Origin: Candidatus Omnitrophota bacterium
GTDB taxonomy: Bacteria > Omnitrophota > Gorgyraeia > S143-82
Direction: 5' to 3'
NCBI GenBank assembly: GCA_015494465.1
Contig: WGBD01000001.1
Location: 244,477-308,476 of the forward strand
DNA length: 64,000 nucleotides
The notes beneath the pieces are model-generated. The model had not been told where the DNA came from, searched no databases, and saw only the letters and a program-made list of their open reading frames with translations. Of the stretch, positions 56,772 to 64,000 are shown piece after piece. Position numbers and translations under genes: made by a program. Numbering within the stretch: position 1 is the stretch's first letter; each line of letters begins with the position of its first letter.

Positions 56772-58871
56772 TCAGAACCCCACCACCTCTTCGGTTACCA
56801 ATGAGATCCCTGATACAACCTCGTTATAGGACATCACCGGCAGATACGGAAGTTCCCTCTCTATAAACCTGCGCACGTACGGTCTGATCTGGGGATTCAC
56901 CAACAACACCGGACTGATACCCCGGTTGACCACCCTCTCGTAGGCCTCCTTTATCGCCGACAGTATCCTCTGCCCCTGATCCGGAGGCAGTATGAGATAA
57001 CTCTCCAGTTCCCCCCTCTTTATCCCCGACTTAAACACTTCCTCCAACTCCGGGGCCAGACTTATACAATGCAACTTCCCATCTTCCTCGAGATAAAGAT
57101 GGGATATCGTCCTGCTCAAGGCAAACCTCACGTACTCGGTCAGGACATCAATGTCTTTTATCTTCGCACCGTAATCGCCCAGCGTCTCCAATATGGTAAC
57201 CATGTCCTTTATAGGGATCCTCTCCCTCAGGAGGTTCTGCAGGACCTTCTGCAACTCGGATATGCTCACCACACCGGGGACGACCTCATCGACCACCGCA
57301 GAATACCTCTTCTTCACCGCATCTAAGAGGTCCTTTACCGCCTGCCGGGTGAGGAGTTCGTAGGCGTAGGTCTTTATGGTCTCCGCAAGGTGCGTGCTGA
57401 TAACCGTAGAGGCGTCCACGACGGTATAGCCGTTCCTCTCCGCATTCGCCACCTCATCCCCAGTAATCCAATAAGCAGGCAACCCAAAAGTCGGCTCCGT
57501 GGTAGGCTCCCCAGAGATAGAGACCGTGGCAACGCCCGGATTCATCGCCAGAAAGTACCCCGGTTTCACCTCGCCCCTGGCGACCTCAACCCCCTTCAAC
57601 TTTATAACATACTCGTTGGGAGACAGGTGTACATTATCCCTGACCCTCACCGGAGGGACCACCAACCCCAGTTCCTGGCTCACCTGCCTGCGAACTGCGG
57701 TTATCCGGGAAAGGAGATCCCCACCCTTACTCTCGTCCGCAAGGGGGATCAGGCCATAGCCTATGTCCAACTCCAGCATATCGGTCTCCAAAACGTCCTC
57801 GTAACTCGTCTCCAGCCCGCCCTCAGGCTCAGGCCCTTCCTCTTCTCTTCTCTCCGGAGATACACCAGATCCTTCCACTACACCGGCCCCTGCCACCGCC
57901 AGGCCTCTTTCCTCTGCCTGCCTCACCAAGAGGGCCCCTATAAATCCGATCCCCGCTGCCATCAGGAGAAACGGGACCTTAGGCAGGCCCGGTATCATAG
58001 CGAAGAAGAGCAACAAACCCGAGGCAATGAATATGGCCCGGGGAGAGGAGAACAGCTGCATGGCCACCTCAAGTCCCATATTCCTCTCCGAGGCCGCCCG
58101 GCTGACGATGATACCCGCTGCAGTGGATATCAGCAGGGCCGGGATCTGGGTAACCAACCCATCGCCCACCGTGAGCAGGGTATAGGTGCGCGCTGCCTCT
58201 ACCGCAGGCATATGCTTCTGGAATATACCGATAACGAAACCACCTATTATGTTTATCAGTGTGATTATCACACCTGCGATCGCATCTCCCCGCACGAACT
58301 TGCTGGCACCGTCCATCGCCCCGTAGAAGTCCGCCTCTTGGGCGATCCTCTGGCGCCTGCGCATAGCCTCCTTCTCGTCTATCAGGCCCGCATTAAGGTC
58401 CGCATCTATTGCCATCTGCTTACCGGGCATGGCGTCCAAGGTGAACCTCGCTGCCACCTCAGCGATCCTCTGGGCACCGCGGGTTATCACCACGAACTGG
58501 ATGACCACCAATATGCAGAACACTACGATGCCGACGACGTAATTCCCCCCCACCACGAAGTTCCCGAAGGCCTTAATCACCTTCCCGTCAAAGGCATTCC
58601 CCTGCAAAAGTATGAGCCGGGTGGAGGCCACGTTCAGCGAGAGACGGAATAAGGTGGCCACCAACAACAGAGAAGGGAAGGAGGAGAAATCCAACGGCTC
58701 CTTTATGTAGATGGAGACCAAGAGTATTATTACCGCCAAGGAGATGTTCAGCGTAAGCAAGAGGTCCAACAGGAAAAAGGGCAAGGGGATGACCATTATC
58801 ACGATCATCCCTATTATCGCAAGGGCAAAGATGATGTCGCTGTTCTTCAAAAACCGCTCCATATCGGGCAT
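56772..58871 (-). CDS. flhA: flagellar biosynthesis protein FlhA
   Basis: 699 aa. N-terminal TM domain with FHIPG-like VVGGNYVVGIVVF, then the conserved cytoplasmic domain. Confidence 0.95.
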   Translation of the reverse strand: MPDMERFLKNSDIIFALAIIGMIVIMVIPLPFFLLDLLLTLNISLAVIILLVSIYIKEPLDFSSFPSLLLVATLFRLSLNVASTRLILLQGNAFDGKVIKAFGNFVVGGNYVVGIVVFCILVVIQFVVITRGAQRIAEVAARFTLDAMPGKQMAIDADLNAGLIDEKEAMRRRQRIAQEADFYGAMDGASKFVRGDAIAGVIITLINIIGGFVIGIFQKHMPAVEAARTYTLLTVGDGLVTQIPALLISTAAGIIVSRAASERNMGLEVAMQLFSSPRAIFIASGLLLFFAMIPGLPKVPFLLMAAGIGFIGALLVRQAEERGLAVAGAGVVEGSGVSPERREEEGPEPEGGLETSYEDVLETDMLELDIGYGLIPLADESKGGDLLSRITAVRRQVSQELGLVVPPVRVRDNVHLSPNEYVIKLKGVEVARGEVKPGYFLAMNPGVATVSISGEPTTEPTFGLPAYWITGDEVANAERNGYTVVDASTVISTHLAETIKTYAYELLTRQAVKDLLDAVKKRYSAVVDEVVPGVVSISELQKVLQNLLRERIPIKDMVTILETLGDYGAKIKDIDVLTEYVRFALSRTISHLYLEEDGKLHCISLAPELEEVFKSGIKRGELESYLILPPDQGQRILSAIKEAYERVVNRGISPVLLVNPQIRPYVRRFIERELPYLPVMSYNEVVSGISLVTEEVVGF

Positions 58872-59938
58872 CAGACCACCACCTTACGCTTCAAACGATA
58901 GACGTAGGCCAACACCTCCGCTACTGCCCGGTATAGTTTCTCCGGGATAGGTTCGCCCACCTCCACCATCCGGTATATGCTCCGGGCAAGCACGGGATTT
59001 TCCACGATAGGCACACCGTGAGCGATGGCTATCTCCTTTATCCTCTCCGCAAGCAAACGCATCCCCTTGGCCACTAACACCGGTGCACTGTCCTTCTCCG
59101 GATCGTACCGCAATGCCACCGCAATGTGGGTGGGGTTGGTGATCACCACATCCGCCTTCTCCACCTCCTTCATCATCCTCTGTCTGGCAAGCTCCCTCTG
59201 GACCCTGCGGATGCGGGCCCGTATCTGGGGATCACCCTCCATCTGCTTCAATTCCTCTTTCAACTCCTCTTTGGTCATCATCAGTGACCGCTCGTATTCC
59301 CAGCGGTTGTATCCGTAATCCAGGACTGCCAGGACGAGCAAAAACAACAATATCTTCATAGATATCCTGAAGATTAACAAGGCCCACCACGCCAGTGAGG
59401 CGAACAAAGGCACGTCCACTATCTCCACAAAGGTCGGCAGTTCCTTAGCCAGGGCCGAATAGACTATCCAGCCCACTACCACGACCTTAGCCAGATTCAC
59501 CAGCGTCTGAACTAGGGTCCGGGCAGAAAACAGGCGCTTGAACCCCTCCACAGGATTCAACCTGTCCAGCCTGGGAATCAATGGATATCCCGTGACCAAT
59601 ACCCCCACCTGCAACACGTTAACAGCGACACCTAACCCTATCGCCAGCAAAAAGATAGGTCCCAACCCTTTTATTATATACGCAAATAACTTCATTGTAT
59701 AGACGTAGACCTGGTCCAAGGTAAGATCCAGACGAAAATCCGACCAGACCAAATAGAACAGGGACTTCAAATCTCCCACAAATATCGGGACGTAAAACCT
59801 AAAGAACAACAATATCCCCATCATCAGGAGCACACCGTTAAGGTCGTTGCTCCTGGCCACCTGCCCCCGCTCCCGGGCCTGCTGGCGCCTGCGCGGTGTC
59901 GGGGGTTCTGTGCGGGCTGAGCGATCGTCCTCAGGCAT
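58871..59938 (-). CDS. flhB: flagellar biosynthesis protein FlhB
   Basis: 355 aa. The NPTH autocleavage motif (VVITNPTHIAVAL) is present. Confidence 0.9.
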   Translation of the reverse strand: MPEDDRSARTEPPTPRRRQQARERGQVARSNDLNGVLLMMGILLFFRFYVPIFVGDLKSLFYLVWSDFRLDLTLDQVYVYTMKLFAYIIKGLGPIFLLAIGLGVAVNVLQVGVLVTGYPLIPRLDRLNPVEGFKRLFSARTLVQTLVNLAKVVVVGWIVYSALAKELPTFVEIVDVPLFASLAWWALLIFRISMKILLFLLVLAVLDYGYNRWEYERSLMMTKEELKEELKQMEGDPQIRARIRRVQRELARQRMMKEVEKADVVITNPTHIAVALRYDPEKDSAPVLVAKGMRLLAERIKEIAIAHGVPIVENPVLARSIYRMVEVGEPIPEKLYRAVAEVLAYVYRLKRKVVV

Positions 59939-59942
59939 ATCC

Positions 59943-60719
59943 CTATCCCGTTACGAACCTAAACCACAAGCCAAAGTGATTGAACAACAGGACCCTTGAG
60001 ACCCCGGCGAACAGAGGGGTCATAGCAAACAGGACCAATATCCCCACCAGTATCTGAACCGGTATCCCCACGATAAAGATGTTCATCTGGGGGATCAATC
60101 GGGTGATGAGCCCCAAGGATATCATCACGAACAACAGGGTAAACATAATAGGTGCCCCCAGTTGGGCGCTGACCAGAAACAGATTCCCCACCAGTATAGA
60201 CAGATCCCCCACCTTCTCCGGGGACAAGAAAGAGCCCAACGAGATCGGCAGATGGACGAAACTGTCCCTTAGACCCTTCAGAAGAAGAAGGTGCATATCC
60301 GAGAGGAAGAAGACTACCATAGCGGTCCAAAAGAGGATACCGCTCACCACTGATTGGCGGTTTGCACTCACCGGATCAAACACATTGGCAATCGCCAATC
60401 CCATCTGATAACCCGCTATCTGCCCGGCCAACTGGACCGCAAAAAACACCAAAGAGGCAAGGAAACCCATAGCCAAACCTACCAACAACTCACAACCACC
60501 CCAGAAGATAAGACCCGCAACCGTCTGGGGAACGCCTCCTGCCAACCTCAGCGAAGGGAATATCGCCACGCTGAACACCAAGGCGAGCATAAACCTTATC
60601 TGCACCGGGACATTCCTGTCCCCCAAAAACGGGGCACTGAACACGAACCCGGTGATGCGCAGAAGGACCAGCAAGAAAAAGAATGCCTGCTTGAGCGAGT
60701 AATTGAGGATATCAAACAT
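59943..60719 (-). CDS. fliR: flagellar biosynthesis protein FliR
   Basis: 258 aa polytopic membrane protein. It lies between fliQ and flhB. Confidence 0.85.
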   Translation of the reverse strand: MFDILNYSLKQAFFFLLVLLRITGFVFSAPFLGDRNVPVQIRFMLALVFSVAIFPSLRLAGGVPQTVAGLIFWGGCELLVGLAMGFLASLVFFAVQLAGQIAGYQMGLAIANVFDPVSANRQSVVSGILFWTAMVVFFLSDMHLLLLKGLRDSFVHLPISLGSFLSPEKVGDLSILVGNLFLVSAQLGAPIMFTLLFVMISLGLITRLIPQMNIFIVGIPVQILVGILVLFAMTPLFAGVSRVLLFNHFGLWFRFVTG

Positions 60720-60984
60720 TCACCACTTCCGGTATAAGAGAGAACACACTCACCGTAAACCCGACGATGATGTTCAGGAACCACGGGAGCAACAGGGCAA
60801 CCAAGAGCATCACCGCCAGTATCTTCGGCACGAAGGTAAGGGTCATCTCGTGTATCTGGGTAACCGCCTGAAATATGCTCACCAAGAGTCCCACCACCAG
60901 ACTACCCAAGAGAAGGGGCCCGGCAATCATAAACCCCACCCACAATCCTTTGCGCAAGACCTCTACCGCCAGATCCGGCCCCAT
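60712..60984 (-). CDS. fliQ: flagellar biosynthesis protein FliQ
   Basis: 90 aa. LWVGFMIAGPLLLGSLVVGLLVSIFQAVTQIHEMTLTFVPKI is FliQ-like. Confidence 0.85.
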   Translation of the reverse strand: MGPDLAVEVLRKGLWVGFMIAGPLLLGSLVVGLLVSIFQAVTQIHEMTLTFVPKILAVMLLVALLLPWFLNIIVGFTVSVFSLIPEVVNV

Positions 60985-60997
60985 CTTCTTCGCCCCT

Positions 60998-62905
60998 TCA
61001 ATTTATCTCCAACTCCAGTTCCACGTCCTTATCCAAGGCCAACTTCTCCTCTTCCAACAGGAGTTGAGATATCGCATCTGCACAGGAATAGACCCTCCTG
61101 CCCTTGTGCCACCCCACTGAAGAGCAGTTTATCTGCTGTAGGGCCTCTATAACCACCTTCCGGGGCGCCCCTGCAGAGAAGAGCAGGGACAAGGTCTTCC
61201 CCAAGGCCTCCAGATGGGAGGCCACACACCCCCCTGCCTTCTCCAGACGCAGGAGGACCTCTCTGACCTTCCCGTCACCATCCTGATTTATTGTGACCAA
61301 AAGGGGTCCGCAGGCGGTCTGCACCTTTACCGTCCGCCCCAACAGGACCTCCGGCCTCTTGGACATACCAGTCCAGTCCAAGCGATCGCCTGCCAACGAG
61401 ACCTCCCGCGGAGAAGATTCTCCAACCCCGGAGACGAGCTGCCCCTGTCCCTTCTCCGAGGCCATGGGGAGGGCCAAAACGCCCGCCCCGCCAAACAGGG
61501 AGGCCTTCCACAGGGAATTAGCGAAATCCTTCCCTTCTACCCGCACCCCTTCCACTATACCGTCCCAGTACTCCTGAAACCTTGCCTGATGGCGCAGTTT
61601 CCAATCCTCGGGCACATCCCCATACACCACGAATACCGTCTTCACGTCGTCGGGCACGAACTCTGCGGACTGCAAGGAGCCCTCTCTCAAGAGGAGTTCC
61701 TTAAATTCCTCGGAGAAGAAGTTCCTCTGGCGGGCAATCTCGTCCAGACAGGGGATAACTCCTCCCTCTTCCGTCAGGGTCCGTCGGGGCATAATCCGGG
61801 CCCCACCAGTCAGGACCGAGACATTCCTCCGCTTCAATCCCTCCTTCTCCAACCAACTAAACCGATAGGCAGGGAACACACCCCTTTCTTTAGCCAATTC
61901 CCAAGATGCAGTGTCGGTCTTCTCTTTGAGGAACCTGGCCACCTTTGCACCCAATTCCACCGCCGAATCTGAGGCATAAGACAGGCCCAAGGAGAACAAC
62001 AACTCCGACCAGCCCGCAACTGCCACCGAAACCCGCCTCAACCTGCGGGTAACCTCGTAGACCTCCCTCATCGGGAAATTACACAGGTCTATAAGATCAT
62101 CCGCTAGACGGACCGCGTGGACGACCCTATCTCCCAACCTCTCCCAATCCACCTCCCGAATACGCCCTTTCGCCCTGACGAACCGGTTGAGATTTATAAT
62201 CACCGTGGGGACTGCCTCTCCCGGGCTTAAGAGGTATCCGTCGTCGGAGACCACCCGCCGGTGCCCCAGGCCCGGCACCTCCTCAGTACGAATCGCATCC
62301 TCCAGTACAAATCTCACCAAGGCACCTCTTGCCCGAACCGCGTTTATAAGTCCCACCATCTCCTCCGCAGAGACCTCCGTCCTGCTGGTGAGGTCCTCTC
62401 CCGCCAGTTCTATCTGTCCCCTTTCCCGCAAGGAGGACAAAGCCTGCATAGAGACGAAGACATTCAGGCAGAGGAAATCCAGTTCCTCGAAGTGAGACGC
62501 CACTCGCAACAACTTCAGAGTGGAGGAGGAATTCATGGCCACCGACAAACCTATACGGTTCCAATCCAAGATAGTGGCCTTGAGGAGCATCAGGAACGAC
62601 CTCCACTCCGCCCGAGAGAAGGCCACCGAAGACAGATCCACCCCCGGATGCAACTTCCACCGCTTAAACCGCACGATGGACTTCATCAGGTCGTAGACCG
62701 AGACGAAATCCCCCGGCGTAGGAAAGGCAATGTGGGAAACCGGCAGTTCCGAGACCTCAACGTGCAGGGCCTGTTCGGGAAGAGACACCTCCTGATTGGA
62801 TATCATCTCCTCCCATATCCCCAACTGGCGCCGGATGTCCACTATACTACGGCCATAACGCTTCTCTACGGACGACAATATCTGGAGAAAGGACTTGAGT
62901 TCCAC
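60998..62905 (-). CDS. ribonucleotide-reductase-like protein with a C-terminal TSCPD domain (divergent class II RNR homolog; catalytic cysteines apparently not conserved)
   Basis: 635 aa with a GTG start. The C-terminal GKVREVLLRLEKAGGCVASHLEALGKTLSLL matches the TSCPD domain. Upstream blocks align loosely to RNR in the right order (VIINLNRF for the CNLGSINL loop, ELAKERGVFPAY, RRNVSVLTGGARIMP, IPCLDE for NPCGE). Confidence 0.4.
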   Translation of the reverse strand: MELKSFLQILSSVEKRYGRSIVDIRRQLGIWEEMISNQEVSLPEQALHVEVSELPVSHIAFPTPGDFVSVYDLMKSIVRFKRWKLHPGVDLSSVAFSRAEWRSFLMLLKATILDWNRIGLSVAMNSSSTLKLLRVASHFEELDFLCLNVFVSMQALSSLRERGQIELAGEDLTSRTEVSAEEMVGLINAVRARGALVRFVLEDAIRTEEVPGLGHRRVVSDDGYLLSPGEAVPTVIINLNRFVRAKGRIREVDWERLGDRVVHAVRLADDLIDLCNFPMREVYEVTRRLRRVSVAVAGWSELLFSLGLSYASDSAVELGAKVARFLKEKTDTASWELAKERGVFPAYRFSWLEKEGLKRRNVSVLTGGARIMPRRTLTEEGGVIPCLDEIARQRNFFSEEFKELLLREGSLQSAEFVPDDVKTVFVVYGDVPEDWKLRHQARFQEYWDGIVEGVRVEGKDFANSLWKASLFGGAGVLALPMASEKGQGQLVSGVGESSPREVSLAGDRLDWTGMSKRPEVLLGRTVKVQTACGPLLVTINQDGDGKVREVLLRLEKAGGCVASHLEALGKTLSLLFSAGAPRKVVIEALQQINCSSVGWHKGRRVYSCADAISQLLLEEEKLALDKDVELELEIN

Positions 62906-62953
62906 CTATTTCGTCCCCCTGCCTAGTTAGGCTATTTTAACACAGACAGGAGA

Positions 62954-63604
62954 TTACTTAAACACTTCTCCTGTCGCCCTGTACCAGAAGACAAAGTCCA
63001 ATTCGTCCATCGGGATACGAATCTGGGCGGAGAAGTCCCGCATCCTGGCCTCTATCTCCAGGTATGCTTTCCTACCCAATGCCTTGGGAATGGAGTCAAT
63101 TACCCCCAAGTCCATCAACGACCGCAAGATGTGCCTGTCCAGTATACCTATGTCCCTGCCCAGACCTATGTTCCTCAAGAAGTGGCTGGCCTCCTTGTAG
63201 CCGTAGCCCTTTATCTCCTTTACCAGGAAGTCCCTCAGGGCCTTTACATCCTCTCCCCGAGAAAAGACTTCGCTAAGCTCGGGCTTATTCCCTCTTACGA
63301 ACCTCCTCTGGGCCAATGCCACATACCTGGCCTTGTTGTTGTGGAACCGCACCCCGGAAAGGTGCCGGGCTATTTCCTCCTCCTTACCCCCCAACAACAA
63401 ACCGCACCTCTCCAGTTCTTCTACCGCAGACCATCCCGCCTTCGCCTTGGATTGAGGGGTGAGGAGACAAAAGACCAACTCCTTAAAGGCCCGATAATGA
63501 TCCTTTCCCTCCCATATTGAGCGGAACTCCTCCAAACGATCCCTTAGGTGCCGACGAATCCCCCGATGGATGGAGACTATGTCTTTAATCCTTCCCTCGT
63601 TCAT
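62954..63604 (-). CDS. ogg: Ogg2-type 8-oxoguanine DNA glycosylase / N-glycosylase-DNA lyase
   Basis: The likely start is MNEGRIKD at 63602-63604; the 99-codon upstream extension in the track is G/R-rich and overlaps uvrC. The HhH-GPD-like C-terminus has the conserved Lys (GYKEASHFLRNIG) and Asp (ILDRHI). Confidence 0.55.
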   Translation of the reverse strand: MNEGRIKDIVSIHRGIRRHLRDRLEEFRSIWEGKDHYRAFKELVFCLLTPQSKAKAGWSAVEELERCGLLLGGKEEEIARHLSGVRFHNNKARYVALAQRRFVRGNKPELSEVFSRGEDVKALRDFLVKEIKGYGYKEASHFLRNIGLGRDIGILDRHILRSLMDLGVIDSIPKALGRKAYLEIEARMRDFSAQIRIPMDELDFVFWYRATGEVFK

Positions 63605-64000
63605 CGTCTCTTCGGTATCAGGCCCTTGTGCCTCAACTTGCGGTGATAGGTTATCGCAAATCTGTGGGCCTCGTCGCGCACCGCCTGGAGGAGACGCAAC
63701 CCAGCCGATTCCCTCGGCAGGACAATCGCCCCTCTCCTGCCGGGCAGGTACACCTCCTCCCTCTCCTTCGCCAATGCGACCACATAGATGTCCAGATTGG
63801 TCTCCATCAAGGCCTTCAGTGCCGACTTCAACTGGGCAGGTCCACCGTCTATCAGGAACAGATCCGGTGGCGTGAACTCCCCTCGGGCTATACGCACACA
63901 CCTGCGTTTCACCACCTCGTAGATCATCGCCACATCGTTCACCCCCTCCACCGTCTTTATCCGATACCTGCGATAGTTCTTCTTATCCGGACGACCATCC
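63601..64000 (-). CDS. uvrC: excinuclease ABC subunit C (UvrC), C-terminal part; the 5' end lies outside the window
   Basis: LFLIDGGPAQLKSALKAL...VVALAKEREEVYLPG...LQAVRDEAHRFAITYHRK matches the UvrC endonuclease-domain motifs. The stop comes right after HRKLRHKGLIPKRR, with no C-terminal (HhH)2 domain. Confidence 0.75.
   Translation of the reverse strand, partial: DGRPDKKNYRRYRIKTVEGVNDVAMIYEVVKRRCVRIARGEFTPPDLFLIDGGPAQLKSALKALMETNLDIYVVALAKEREEVYLPGRRGAIVLPRESAGLRLLQAVRDEAHRFAITYHRKLRHKGLIPKRR

Noticed and set aside
57390-58652. 420-aa plus-strand ORF inside flhA
   Set aside because: It is antisense to FlhA. The protein is R/H/P/G-rich with no motif, so it is a shadow ORF.
63605-63901. 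99-codon N-terminal extension of the glycosylase ORF
   Set aside because: It overlaps uvrC in another frame and is G/R/E-rich. The glycosylase homology begins at the internal Met (MNEGRIKD), which overlaps the uvrC stop.
1-64000. CRISPR arrays, tandem repeats, IS elements, integrases, tRNA and rRNA genes
   Set aside because: No regularly spaced direct repeats, terminal inverted repeats, transposase or recombinase motifs, and no RNA gene signatures were seen. The intergenic space is minimal throughout.

Overview
The window is a densely packed bacterial chromosomal segment with about 60 genes. Nearly all are on the minus strand and most are separated by 0-15 bp or overlap slightly. Most of it is a Firmicutes/Thermotogae-type flagellar regulon split into three blocks that sit in a permuted order. 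Block A (688-12974): fliM(1), fliF, fliG, fliH, fliI, fliJ, an MgtE-N-like flagellar protein, a LysM protein, fliK, flgD, a flagellar operon protein, flgE, flbD and motA. Block B (19726-24126): asd, then two tandem motB paralogs, fliL, fliM(2), fliN, fliO/Z and fliP. Block C (53082-60984): a divergent RNR-like protein, then fliQ, fliR, flhB, flhA, flhF, flhG, a YcgR-type PilZ protein and fliA. Between the blocks lie several non-flagellar units. One is a pseudopilin-pseudopilin-GH57 unit that is translationally coupled to the first fliM. Others are divergent mnmG, a frameshifted secreted protein, asd, a PabB/PabC fusion and mrp. There is also a 1783-aa secreted giant protein with an HExxH motif, a NUDIX hydrolase and a cation-chloride-cotransporter-like permease. 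A periplasmic thioredoxin and a CcdA-like membrane gene are separated only by an A9 run. A purF-purQ-purSL-(membrane protein)-purB cluster follows. Downstream of fliA is a signal-transduction island with a degenerate HD-GYP, an HDOD protein, a PAS sensor with a degenerate kinase domain, a CHASE2-PP2C phosphatase and a secreted coiled-coil protein. The window ends with an Ogg-type DNA glycosylase and a 3'-truncated uvrC. I found no rRNA, tRNA, CRISPR array, IS element or integrase. Most plus-strand ORFs in the track are antisense shadows of conserved minus-strand genes. All functional calls come from motifs recognised by eye in the translations; no database search was possible.
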